From Clostridia bacterium (GTDB lineage Bacteria > Bacillota > Clostridia > UBA1212 > UBA1255): DNA of 64,000 bases. The DNA lies in assembly GCA_045546695.1 (NCBI GenBank), contig JAZQDE010000049.1:7288-71287 (forward strand), in the 5' to 3' direction. The translations under genes were made by a program, and so were the position numbers. Positions 10,364 to 20,315 of the stretch are shown piece by piece (within the stretch, counting starts at the first letter, position 1; every line of letters starts with the position of its first letter). The notes below the pieces were generated by a model. It had not been told where the DNA came from and searched no databases. It was given only the letters and a program-made list of their open reading frames with translations.

Positions 10364-11842
10364 TTAATGTGTGTTTACAGCATCCTGTATCTCCTGCATG
10401 TAAATATCAAATGAAATATCATCTGATTCTGCATAAAGACGGATTGCCTCGCCTATTGCATCGTTAATCTCTGCAGATGGAGCAAGTGGCAGGAATGAAG
10501 TGATTTCTGCCGGATAATCAAATGCACTATACAGTGAAAATACAGATGTGTTTTTACCATCTACAGGGAAATTTCTCCAATATTTCTTTGCGTTTGCTGT
10601 GATAAGAGCAGGAACACGATATCCATCCTCGCCTGTTATGGCAACAGCGGCTTCTTCAACCATCGCATAAAGAGCGAATGTGATTGAATTCTTGATTGTG
10701 TTTTCAACGTTCTCTTTTTCTTCTGCCAAAAGAACCTCATCAGTTATTGCATCGTATACGCCATTAACAACGTTGTAGTGTTCACGGTTAAATGCGGCTA
10801 AACCAATTGTCTGAACACCGATTGTAGCAACACTCGTTTCAGTCTTTTCATCATAGAATCTCGGGAAATGAGCAAGCTCCCAGTCAAAACCGTCTGAATT
10901 GCTTCCGGCAAGACCATTTGCCCATCTTACGATATCTGAGTGATTACAGATAACCATAGCATAATTTGCAAGATCTGCTGCAGAAAGTTCTGCAGGTGTT
11001 TTATCCGCAACAAAACCTGTTTTAATGAAGTTATTTGCAAGATATTCAATACCGCTCAGAACAGCAGGATTTGTAAGTTTTAATGCAATATCATTTTCAG
11101 CAAAATCTACCTCATTGTAAAGCGCTGCACTCTTGCTTCTTGCAAATGCACCCCATACTGAATAATCAGCATAATCCATAACGATAGGAGACTTGTGACC
11201 TGCTTCTACCAGAGCTTTTGCAATCTCTTCTACCTCTTGCCATGTCCAGTCATCTTTTGGTACGACAGGGTTGATTCCGATTTCATTCAACAAATCGATA
11301 TTAAGAAGCATTACGGTGTTGTTGTATTCAACAGGACACATAAACAGTCTTCCGTCATACATTGAATTTGCAAGAGCAGCCGGATAGAAAAGCTTTGAAG
11401 GATAAAGCTTTGTATACTCATCACTTGTATAGTCGATAACGCCTTCACTGTGTTCGCTGAGGTCAATTATATAATCTTTTTCTGCATACTTTGCAAGCAT
11501 AGCTGAATCAATGGTGAAAACGTCACCAATTGTTCCGTTTTCGATTCTTTCTTCTAATGTTGAAAAATATTCTTCAGCGCTGTCTGCAAGATCAAGCTCT
11601 ATGTCTACGCTCGGGTACTGCATTACAAAAGATTGCATATAGTTGAAGCTTGCAATCTCACCGTCATCACAACGATACGAAGAGAATACAACAGAGCCGA
11701 TAAGTTCTTCAGGAATCGGTACAGGAGTTGATAAGCCGATGAATTCGTCCTCATCATCATCTTTTCCCGAACATGAGATGAGTGACAATACCATAATTGC
11801 GGCTAACAACATTGTAAGGATTTTAATTATATTTTTATTCAT
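10364..11842 (-). CDS. ABC transporter substrate-binding lipoprotein (family 1)
   Basis: 492 aa. Lipobox LSLISCSG. GTIGDVFTI is shared with its neighbour. Binding-protein fold pattern. Confidence 0.85.
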   Translation of the reverse strand: MNKNIIKILTMLLAAIMVLSLISCSGKDDDEDEFIGLSTPVPIPEELIGSVVFSSYRCDDGEIASFNYMQSFVMQYPSVDIELDLADSAEEYFSTLEERIENGTIGDVFTIDSAMLAKYAEKDYIIDLSEHSEGVIDYTSDEYTKLYPSKLFYPAALANSMYDGRLFMCPVEYNNTVMLLNIDLLNEIGINPVVPKDDWTWQEVEEIAKALVEAGHKSPIVMDYADYSVWGAFARSKSAALYNEVDFAENDIALKLTNPAVLSGIEYLANNFIKTGFVADKTPAELSAADLANYAMVICNHSDIVRWANGLAGSNSDGFDWELAHFPRFYDEKTETSVATIGVQTIGLAAFNREHYNVVNGVYDAITDEVLLAEEKENVENTIKNSITFALYAMVEEAAVAITGEDGYRVPALITANAKKYWRNFPVDGKNTSVFSLYSAFDYPAEITSFLPLAPSAEINDAIGEAIRLYAESDDISFDIYMQEIQDAVNTH

Positions 11843-11863
11843 TAATATAGCCCTCCTACAAAA

Positions 11864-12901
11864 TTACTCAATGACACCAATTCGTTCGATACCGGCAACA
11901 AGTCTCTTCTGACCAAGAATATATACTATTAATACAGGTAACATTACCATAAGACATCCTGCGAAAAGAACCGGTTCTGAAGAAGCTCTCAGAGTTTCAC
12001 TGATAGCACCGCCATCATAACCTAACTCCTCAAGATAATTCTGCTGAATCTTACTGAGGGATTCCTGGAATGTATTATGTTGTGGCAAGTAAGTATATGT
12101 CAATGTCTCCTGGTTATCATTCCAATGCCATACAAACGAGAATATAAATACGATTGTGAGCGCTGATTTAACAAGCGGGAACATAATCTGACCAAATACT
12201 CTGATTGGACCGGCGCCGTCGATTCTCGCTGCATCGTCCATAACGTCCGGAATTCTCTGGAAGAAGTACATATAAATCAAGATGAACAACGCGCCTCTCA
12301 GACCATGTCCGAAAAGTGACGGAATCAATATAGCGTAGAAACCTTCTGCCATTCCCATCTGTGACCACATGAAGAATGATGCTGTGATCATTGTTTGCGG
12401 CGGGATTAAGAGAATAATGATAACAAATAACATTATAAACAATCTGCCTCTGAACTTAAATCTACCTAATGAATATCCTACAAGAGCACATGAAACGGAC
12501 TGAAGAATCGCACTGCCAAGTGAAAGAATGATGGTATTCAGAAGAGTTGAGTAATAATCACCTATTCCGGGATCAACCAAATCAAGATCCAGTGACGGAT
12601 CTACTGAAAAGACATCCAGACCCATCCATGCTTTCTGGAAGTTTTCCCAGTTAATATGTGTAGGTATGTACTGTACAGTAGGATCCATGTAATCCTGAGC
12701 TGACATCATCGACGTCGTAAAGATGTAGATAAATGGTAACAGGAAAAGATAAGCAAGCTCTATGAGCACATAGTATAAGAAAACTCTTCCGATTACAAAC
12801 TTAATCTTTTTCTTTACTTTATAGCCAAGATTTTCGTATTTAGTGTAAAGGCCAAGGAAAAACTCCTTGATTCTATTTATCAATCGCTTCATCTCAGCCA
12901 C
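11864..12901 (-). CDS. carbohydrate ABC transporter permease (MalG-like)
   Basis: 345 aa with about six TM segments. The EAA-like loop is DAARIDGAGPIRVFGQIMFPL. It has an enlarged extracytoplasmic loop. Confidence 0.85.
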   Translation of the reverse strand: MAEMKRLINRIKEFFLGLYTKYENLGYKVKKKIKFVIGRVFLYYVLIELAYLFLLPFIYIFTTSMMSAQDYMDPTVQYIPTHINWENFQKAWMGLDVFSVDPSLDLDLVDPGIGDYYSTLLNTIILSLGSAILQSVSCALVGYSLGRFKFRGRLFIMLFVIIILLIPPQTMITASFFMWSQMGMAEGFYAILIPSLFGHGLRGALFILIYMYFFQRIPDVMDDAARIDGAGPIRVFGQIMFPLVKSALTIVFIFSFVWHWNDNQETLTYTYLPQHNTFQESLSKIQQNYLEELGYDGGAISETLRASSEPVLFAGCLMVMLPVLIVYILGQKRLVAGIERIGVIE

Positions 12902-13770
12902 CTCCTTGTGAAGAGAATGAATATGAGAATAACAATTAATGTCATCAACATGTAAAGCCAGCTAAGAGCAGCTCTCTCTCCGTATTTATCCATATTGTTG
13001 AGAAGTCCCATTACCGGGTTAGATGAATCAACGAATGAGTCAACAAGCGCGTAAATACAGTTCAGGATAACGAACGGAGATACGTATGGTAATGTGATAT
13101 GCCAGAATGATTCCCATGCAGACGCACCGTCCAGGTCAACAACTTCATAAAGGATATCCGGAACACTCTGAAGAGCAGCAAGGAAGATAAGAATCTCTAC
13201 ACTACTTCTCCACATTATGTGACCAATTTCTGAGGCAATTCCTCCGAATCCTCTCAGGAACTGATTGTTTGCAACAATCTGACCGAAGATACTAATATTA
13301 CCAACGTCATCACTGAAAAGATATGACATGATAACACCGGAAAGGATAACCGGGATAAAGAATATAACTCTGAAGTAAACTCTTCCGGGGAATTTCTGCT
13401 TTAACAGTACTGCAACAAACAATGCAAATGCAACGATTACAGGTACCTGATAAAGAGCATTCAAAAATGAATTTAACACAACCTGACCCGATTCAGGATC
13501 CTGAATAACCTCAATATAGTTATCAATACCTACCCATGTACTAAGGCCTGTATTACACCACAAGTCCTGTCCGTTAACGTTGTAAAAACTCATTTTTACA
13601 GACATGAAGAGTGGAATAAACAAGAACCAAACGAGGCCTATTAACCATGGAATTGAGAAAACCAAGCCTTCAAGATTACGTCTTCTTTCGAAAGATAAAA
13701 ACGTAGTCTTAACTCTTCTATGAGCCAGCTGTTTCTTTGTTAAAACTTTTGTTTTTTTATTATCTGCCAT
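12889..13770 (-). CDS. carbohydrate ABC transporter permease (MalF-like)
   Basis: 293 aa. Polytopic, with the EAA motif region LDGASAWESFWHITLPY. Confidence 0.85.
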   Translation of the reverse strand: MADNKKTKVLTKKQLAHRRVKTTFLSFERRRNLEGLVFSIPWLIGLVWFLFIPLFMSVKMSFYNVNGQDLWCNTGLSTWVGIDNYIEVIQDPESGQVVLNSFLNALYQVPVIVAFALFVAVLLKQKFPGRVYFRVIFFIPVILSGVIMSYLFSDDVGNISIFGQIVANNQFLRGFGGIASEIGHIMWRSSVEILIFLAALQSVPDILYEVVDLDGASAWESFWHITLPYVSPFVILNCIYALVDSFVDSSNPVMGLLNNMDKYGERAALSWLYMLMTLIVILIFILFTRRWLR

Positions 13771-13773
13771 AGA

Positions 13774-16332
13774 TTACTCCCCCTTAGCGCTTATTACGCT
13801 ATATCCTTGACCATCAAATGATAATACGTCATTTGTGTAAGGATCCGTTATCTCAATTGCTTCTTTTTCGTAGCAAACGTATACTCTTGCTCCGCCTGAA
13901 TATTCGGTGCAGTATACTTCAGCATCAGCTGAAAGCTTGTAATGGTTTACAATCTCTTCGTTAACGAAAGGAGCAACAGCTTCTTCAATTGCTTTATAAA
14001 CCATTTCAATTGTACCAAGCTGATCAAGCAGTTCATACTCTGATTTATATAATGTATTGTAATATGTCCACTTAAGCAACGCAGATTCTTCTTTTGTTAC
14101 TTCAATTGAACCTAATGCACCATATTCAATGGATCTGAGCAATGCATCATATTCTACGTCACAGTTATTAATTGGCATTGAATAGTAAGGTACTATGCCA
14201 TGGTAAATCATCTGTACAAACGGAATCTCCTCATCAAGTACAACGTGTGAAGACTTTGTCATAGACATATCGTAAATTGATGATACGAAAGGAACAACAT
14301 ATGAATTACCATTGTATACTGATACAGTATCAAATTTTTCATTGTATTTGATAAGCCAGTCAACATATTTATTGATTAACTGAATTCTGAATAATGCATT
14401 GAACTGGTTATAGTCTGAATAAAGCTGATCACCAATCTGCTGAAGAGTAACGCCTGATACATCATAGTCGCGGAGTCTACCGATATTCTTTGAAAGAATC
14501 TTACTCTCAAAGTATAAAGGACTGAGAATATATCCGTTTCCACCTCTATAATAAGCACCGGAAACTGTCTTGAGCTTATAGTTCAGATAGAACGTACTTG
14601 GAATCTTCACGACAGAATTTCTGAGTGTAGCACTGCCTGACGGTGAACCATACAGGTACAATAAGTTGTTATCATAGTTGACTGTTATACCATTCTCCTC
14701 TGCCCATGCGTTGAATTCTTCCATGTCAAGGCCATCATCATAGCTGCTGTCGGGCTTAAGTTTAGATGTGGAATTCCAGAAATAACCATTATTCATCCAA
14801 CCAACCATTGTCATGGTAATATCTGACATTCCCTTGTTCTTGAGATCATTATAAATATTCTGAGCATCCTTGAATGTTGTCATTACCTTAAGCTGGTTTG
14901 TTACGCCACCTACAGCATTTTCTGCACCCATGAATGTTCTGAGATTCAGAATATCAGCATCAGAAATGTTTCCGATTGTAACGTCAACTCCGTATCTTTC
15001 TTTCCACTGAGCAATCATTTTTGTCTGAACAGTCTTTGCAAGGTCGTTGTAACTATATTCTTTTTCTTCAGATAAATCAAATCTGATACGCTGCTCTACG
15101 TCACCGAGCTGCATAGTTCTTGTAATATCTGAATATGAAGAACCTGACTTTGAAACCTGTCTGTTGAAATACTCTCTATATGTGTACTGAACGTATATCG
15201 CATAGAACGGAACGTTTCTTACACCCGGATTTGATACTCTCAGGTATGCATTTGCTTCACCCTGTTCAATAAATCCGGTAATCATTGAGTTTGCATATTT
15301 ATTAACGTCTTTTGCATCCTCACTCAGATTTTCAATAATACCATATGCCCCAAGAAGGATTGTATGGTTGTTATATCTTGGCTGAGATTCAGCATCCGTT
15401 ACAGAGTCAATTGTATAATCCCAACCGTAAATTCTTTTTGCGTATTCACTTGAGTTACTTACTCTTGATACTGAGAAGTCAGTAACTGCACCTGAACCAT
15501 CCGGAACAACAAAGTAACCGGATTCACCGCTACGATGAGCAAAAAGATATGGAAGAACAGCAAGAGATGAAAGAAGTGGTCTTTCTTCTGCTGTCTGATC
15601 TTCAATATCATCGCTCAGATATGGGCGCTCGATGATACCATTTTTAGGAATGAAATATACAACTTCATTACCATCAAGTGTAATTTCCACAGAAAACTCG
15701 AGTTCGAGGTCTACCATTTCATAAGTCAACCTGATACCATTTTCGATATAGTATACATTTTTAACATGTTCCTGAGTATTTACACCGACAAACAGACCAC
15801 TGTCTCGGCCGGACATCTTTGTGTATCCAATGAATACAGGTGAAGTAATAATATTACCGGTAGAAGTACCCTTCTTGAAAATATCTATATCACCCGGATC
15901 ATCTTCTGTCGCCTGAATCGGCTCAGGATAACTTCTGAAGATCTCACCTGTTGCATTATCCTTGAAAATAAACAAGTCATTCTTTGGGGAATAGCTCATT
16001 GTGAGATATTCATTCTGTGCAATAACTGTCATTCCCTCGTCTCCGAGCATCTGACCGTTAATGCCTTTATCTTTCAGTGGTGCTGATACCTGTACGTCGC
16101 TCTTTATACCTTCGTCGCTGAATGAGATTAAAGATGATTCAGCAAAACCCACCTTGATAATAAGGAAGCCGAGTAAAAATACTGTAACAAGAGCTACAAC
16201 AATCTTAACAATTCTGAGGTAGAATTTCTTTTTTGCCATCTTGGCAGCATATGCTGCAGCTTCTGCCTCATCAATATATAAAGAAGTTTTTTTGGTTTCA
16301 ACATCAATATCTTTTTTCTTTTTCTTAAACAA
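13774..16332 (-). CDS. large N-terminally membrane-anchored extracytoplasmic protein of unknown function. It may be a TIM-barrel glycosidase-like family of the DUF5696 type.
   Basis: 852 aa. A Lys-rich N-terminus (MFKKKKKDIDVETKK) is followed by a single TM (IVKIVVALVTVFLLGFLIIKV). The extracellular body has motifs VPDGSGAV, MTMVGWMNNGYFWN and PFVQMIYHGIVPY. It is translationally coupled to the genes on both sides. Confidence 0.7.
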   Translation of the reverse strand: MFKKKKKDIDVETKKTSLYIDEAEAAAYAAKMAKKKFYLRIVKIVVALVTVFLLGFLIIKVGFAESSLISFSDEGIKSDVQVSAPLKDKGINGQMLGDEGMTVIAQNEYLTMSYSPKNDLFIFKDNATGEIFRSYPEPIQATEDDPGDIDIFKKGTSTGNIITSPVFIGYTKMSGRDSGLFVGVNTQEHVKNVYYIENGIRLTYEMVDLELEFSVEITLDGNEVVYFIPKNGIIERPYLSDDIEDQTAEERPLLSSLAVLPYLFAHRSGESGYFVVPDGSGAVTDFSVSRVSNSSEYAKRIYGWDYTIDSVTDAESQPRYNNHTILLGAYGIIENLSEDAKDVNKYANSMITGFIEQGEANAYLRVSNPGVRNVPFYAIYVQYTYREYFNRQVSKSGSSYSDITRTMQLGDVEQRIRFDLSEEKEYSYNDLAKTVQTKMIAQWKERYGVDVTIGNISDADILNLRTFMGAENAVGGVTNQLKVMTTFKDAQNIYNDLKNKGMSDITMTMVGWMNNGYFWNSTSKLKPDSSYDDGLDMEEFNAWAEENGITVNYDNNLLYLYGSPSGSATLRNSVVKIPSTFYLNYKLKTVSGAYYRGGNGYILSPLYFESKILSKNIGRLRDYDVSGVTLQQIGDQLYSDYNQFNALFRIQLINKYVDWLIKYNEKFDTVSVYNGNSYVVPFVSSIYDMSMTKSSHVVLDEEIPFVQMIYHGIVPYYSMPINNCDVEYDALLRSIEYGALGSIEVTKEESALLKWTYYNTLYKSEYELLDQLGTIEMVYKAIEEAVAPFVNEEIVNHYKLSADAEVYCTEYSGGARVYVCYEKEAIEITDPYTNDVLSFDGQGYSVISAKGE

Positions 16333-18436
16333 GATAACTCAACTCCTTTACCAATTGTGCGATAAATGTGAACAGCTGACTTGTCAATGCATATACGAGA
16401 ATGAATAACATTGCAACTGCTGAAACACCGACAACTGTTATGAAAAATACAACAAATGCTTTAACCGGGTGGAAGCCGTGTATACCCTTGATGGCAAAGT
16501 ATACAAGGAACACTACCAATATCATAAGGATTGTATTCGCAAGATTCCACAGACTTTGTTCATTAAGAGTAAGAACATGTGTCAAAGCATGAAGTGGAAG
16601 TAATGCTATCATCCACGGAACGTGACAATATGCACCTGCGATAAATACGTCTCTGAGACGACCTTCACCATACATGATTGTTGTAACGCCGTAGTTAACA
16701 ACACACATAACAAGCCATGGAATCAATGAGAACAATATTGTCTCAAATGGATTAATCAGGTCGAGAGAAGAGCCTCCTCTGAATATAAAGCTTGTAGCAT
16801 ATTCAGAAGCAACTGAAACGGCAGTGTAAAGTAACATTACAAGCACCATATCTGTATAAGAACCCTGGTTCTCATATCTGATACCTTCAAATCCATCAAC
16901 AGGATGACGTACCACGCCATAGCTTCTGCTGAAGAACTTCTTGACCTTAGTAAACGCATTGTTTTTCTCCGGAGGAACACCATACTTACGTTTTCTGTAA
17001 CGTTTGAATGTCTTCCACGCAATAGCAAGTAACAACAATGCGATGATTGAGATAACAATAACAGTAAAGTAATCTCTTATAAAATATGTTCTGATCTCGT
17101 CAAACGCATCAGAAGCATTTGTGGCATCTTCTGCATCTACAAAATAATCGTATGCTATCTTGTAGTTCTCTTCCTGCATCTTACGCATTTCTATTTTACC
17201 CATGTTAAGAAGAGCAAGTGTATAGAAGCTGTCTTTTTCAAGAATTTCTTTCCAGATCGGAAGAGATTCATCATATTTACCATCAATAAAGAGATTGTTG
17301 GCTTCATGAACCGTCTTGATAAAATCTGTCGGCTCGTAAACTGTAATTGTTGAAGTTGCGTTATCAAGAACGTATACCCTACCTCTGCTGTCAACTTCTA
17401 TACTGATTGGAACTCTGATCTGACCGTATCCAAGACCATCACTGCCGAATACACAAAGGTTGTTGCCCCATTCGTCATATGAATAAATACGGCAATATCT
17501 CTGATCGAGAATGAACATGTTACCATTGCTGTCAACTGTTACATCGATAAATGTCTGGTTAACATCTGAATAGTTGTTTGACAAGCTCGTATCACTGAAG
17601 TTGAATGATCCGTACAATACGTCAGAACCTGCAATGTTAATCTTTCTTACCTGAGGTGGTGTATCTGTTGTTGTAGTCGCATACATATAACCATCGTCAG
17701 ATGCGTAAATGTTTGTGAAAGTATACGGGAGCGTAACGATAGAACCTTTTCTGTCCTCTCTGTCCCAGAGTACTTTTGCAATTGATTCCCAGAAGGAAAG
17801 GTTTACTTTGTTTGTGCCATAGTAACTTCTGAATTCACCATCTGCACTAAGCTGCATGATACCGTTATAGTCACCTGTGTTACATACGTAAATATAACCT
17901 CTGGTATCCTTTGTAACTTTTAAGGGCTGATAGTTAAAATCAACTGATAAAAGTTCACTTTGCGGCATTTCATATGAATATCTCAAGTTACCATATTTTG
18001 TATATTCAACAAGTCTTGAATTACCTGAGTCTGCTACAAGGATTGTACCTGAACCTGAATCAACGTAAACACACATAGGATTCTTGAGTGCTGACTGATC
18101 TTCAGGATATGTACCCTTACCTGATACTTCCAATACAAAATTATAATCAGAATCGTATTTTACTATTCTGTTGTTACCGGTATCTACAACATAAATATTA
18201 TCATCATCATCAATGAAAATATCTTCCGGTTTGCTGAGTTTACCCTCTTCTTTAGTAGGTTTATCAATAACTGTGCAAACTTCGTATGCTGCCGGAATCG
18301 GATAAGGCTTATCCAGAGCACCGTTGTACATATTCAGATAATAGTTCGGATATGGAGTATCGGCACTTACAGTAAACGTACATGTGAATACGAGAGCAAA
18401 TAACAGGAGTAAACAAACATATTTTTTCATTTTCAT
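16325..18436 (-). CDS. secreted NHL-repeat beta-propeller fused to a C-terminal Yip1-like multi-pass membrane domain
   Basis: 703 aa. Signal peptide MKMKKYVCLLLLFALVFTCTFTVSA. There are five or six NHL blades (YVVDTGNNRIVKYD, ILVADSGNSRLVEY, IYVCNTGDYNGIMQL, MFILDQRYCRIYSYD, VYVLDNATSTITVYE). After a TM helix and a basic cytoplasmic linker come about five further TM helices resembling Yip1-domain proteins. Confidence 0.8.
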   Translation of the reverse strand: MKMKKYVCLLLLFALVFTCTFTVSADTPYPNYYLNMYNGALDKPYPIPAAYEVCTVIDKPTKEEGKLSKPEDIFIDDDDNIYVVDTGNNRIVKYDSDYNFVLEVSGKGTYPEDQSALKNPMCVYVDSGSGTILVADSGNSRLVEYTKYGNLRYSYEMPQSELLSVDFNYQPLKVTKDTRGYIYVCNTGDYNGIMQLSADGEFRSYYGTNKVNLSFWESIAKVLWDREDRKGSIVTLPYTFTNIYASDDGYMYATTTTDTPPQVRKINIAGSDVLYGSFNFSDTSLSNNYSDVNQTFIDVTVDSNGNMFILDQRYCRIYSYDEWGNNLCVFGSDGLGYGQIRVPISIEVDSRGRVYVLDNATSTITVYEPTDFIKTVHEANNLFIDGKYDESLPIWKEILEKDSFYTLALLNMGKIEMRKMQEENYKIAYDYFVDAEDATNASDAFDEIRTYFIRDYFTVIVISIIALLLLAIAWKTFKRYRKRKYGVPPEKNNAFTKVKKFFSRSYGVVRHPVDGFEGIRYENQGSYTDMVLVMLLYTAVSVASEYATSFIFRGGSSLDLINPFETILFSLIPWLVMCVVNYGVTTIMYGEGRLRDVFIAGAYCHVPWMIALLPLHALTHVLTLNEQSLWNLANTILMILVVFLVYFAIKGIHGFHPVKAFVVFFITVVGVSAVAMLFILVYALTSQLFTFIAQLVKELSYLV

Positions 18437-18450
18437 AATCTGTAACCTCC

Positions 18451-19329
18451 TTATTTAATACCTGAATGTGCCATTGTATCCATAACACGGCTTTGCTGAA
18501 TTATGAATATTATGATACTTGGCAACGTCATAATTAACGATGAAACTGCTGTCGCACCTGTTCTTGCAACGTTACCGCCAATTGTTGACATAAAGAACGC
18601 AAGTGTTCTTAAGTTCTCTTCATAAATGTATGTGTTTGATGTACCTGCATCGCCCCAGATACCACCGAATGAAAGGATGATAGCTGTTGCCTGAGCATTC
18701 TTCAGAAGCGGCAATGCAATCTTTGTATACAGCTTCCATTCACTTGCACCGTCAATCTTACCAGCCTCAAAAATCGAATCAGGAACCTGATCCAGGAACT
18801 GTTTCATAAGGAAGAGGATTGTCGTTGAAGCCAGACCCGGGATAATATAAACAAAATATGTATTATCAATACCGAGCTTTGTAATAATCAGGTATGAAGG
18901 AATACCTGCAGCTGCTGTTACGAACATCAGGGCTGTTGTAATGAGCTTGAACAAAGCTTTATGTCCTGGGAACTTATGCTTTGAAAGCGGATAACAAGCC
19001 ATTGTGTCTACCATAATCAATGCAAACAAGTAACAGATAGTTACAAATATTGTATTGAAAAGATATCTTGAAAATGGTACCAAGCTGTTTGATGTTACTG
19101 TACTGAGGTCAGAGAAGTTCTGTAGCGTCGGATTCTTAACGAAGAACGTCGGCGGATACAGGAACAATTCCTCCGGTGGCTTGAAGGCCGTGCTTACGAG
19201 GTAAATCAAAGGAAGGAATGATAGGATACCTGCCAGGGACAGGAATATAACAATTATCTTACCAGAGTAATCTCTATGTTTTCTCGCTTTTTTTAAATAA
19301 TCAACGTCAACTTGTAACATATGCATCAC
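18451..19329 (-). CDS. carbohydrate ABC transporter permease (MalG-like)
   Basis: 292 aa, polytopic. EAA loop EAGKIDGASEWKLYTKIALPLL. Confidence 0.85.
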   Translation of the reverse strand: MMHMLQVDVDYLKKARKHRDYSGKIIVIFLSLAGILSFLPLIYLVSTAFKPPEELFLYPPTFFVKNPTLQNFSDLSTVTSNSLVPFSRYLFNTIFVTICYLFALIMVDTMACYPLSKHKFPGHKALFKLITTALMFVTAAAGIPSYLIITKLGIDNTYFVYIIPGLASTTILFLMKQFLDQVPDSIFEAGKIDGASEWKLYTKIALPLLKNAQATAIILSFGGIWGDAGTSNTYIYEENLRTLAFFMSTIGGNVARTGATAVSSLIMTLPSIIIFIIQQSRVMDTMAHSGIK

Positions 19330-20312
19330 TCCTTATCTTGTAAGAGTTTGAACGCAATACGTCCAAGACCCAATATTAATATTGACAACACAACGGCTAT
19401 CGCCGACGCGTAACCAACCTCAAATCGTGTACCGGAGTAGTCTCCTAAGTGCAACATAATCGTAAGACCTGCATCCTCCGGAGACGGGTGACCTGCCATC
19501 GTAGAACCTACAGTAAACGCACCTGTAATCTGTAATACGGCTGCGAAGAGCAACTGTGGCATTGTCTGCGGAATATCAACATACAGAAGTCTCTGGAATC
19601 TTGATGTAACACCGTCAACGGCAGCTGCGTCATATAGCTCGCGGTCAACGCCTCTGAAACCGGCAACAAATGACAAGAATCCTGTACCAAGTGATGACCA
19701 CAAAGCAACTACGATTGTAACCGGCATGATAAGGTTAACGTCCTGAGTCCACATGATAGGCTCATTTATGAAGCCCATCTTCAAGAGTAACGCATTCAGG
19801 TAACCTGTACTATCGTTAGAGAAGAGTACTCCCCATACAACCGTCATCGCTACAGCACTTGTAAGTGACGGAGCATAGAATGCCAGAACGTAGACTGCTC
19901 TGATTTTGTCAGGAACCTGGTTGATAAGCCATGCAAAGAAATATGATGCAACATATCCACAAGGACCAACAATAACAGCATAATAGAGAGTGTTACTGAA
20001 AGCCTTTAAGAAGAGCGGGTCATCAACGAAAAGGTACTGATAGTTTGTAAGACCATTGAATACCGGATCTTCAAGAATACTCCAATAAGTAAAGCTCAAT
20101 GCTGTTGATGCAATCAACGGAAGCAGTGAAAAAATTATAAATACTATAAAGAATGGTGCGATGAGACCATATGACATTTTATAACGCCACATCTCATGCA
20201 GTGTGTAGCCAAAACGTTTCTCAACGTTGAAGAAACGTTTTTTAGGCTTTTGAACTGCAGGCACAGCCGATTCTTTTTTGTTTGAATCTTTATTTTTTGA
20301 CACTCTACTCAC
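19326..20312 (-). CDS. carbohydrate ABC transporter permease (MalF-like) with basic N-terminal extension
   Basis: 328 aa. A Lys-rich cytoplasmic N-terminus is followed by six TM segments. EAA loop DAAAVDGVTSRFQRLLYVDIP. Confidence 0.85.
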   Translation of the reverse strand: MSRVSKNKDSNKKESAVPAVQKPKKRFFNVEKRFGYTLHEMWRYKMSYGLIAPFFIVFIIFSLLPLIASTALSFTYWSILEDPVFNGLTNYQYLFVDDPLFLKAFSNTLYYAVIVGPCGYVASYFFAWLINQVPDKIRAVYVLAFYAPSLTSAVAMTVVWGVLFSNDSTGYLNALLLKMGFINEPIMWTQDVNLIMPVTIVVALWSSLGTGFLSFVAGFRGVDRELYDAAAVDGVTSRFQRLLYVDIPQTMPQLLFAAVLQITGAFTVGSTMAGHPSPEDAGLTIMLHLGDYSGTRFEVGYASAIAVVLSILILGLGRIAFKLLQDKE

Positions 20313-20315
20313 CTC

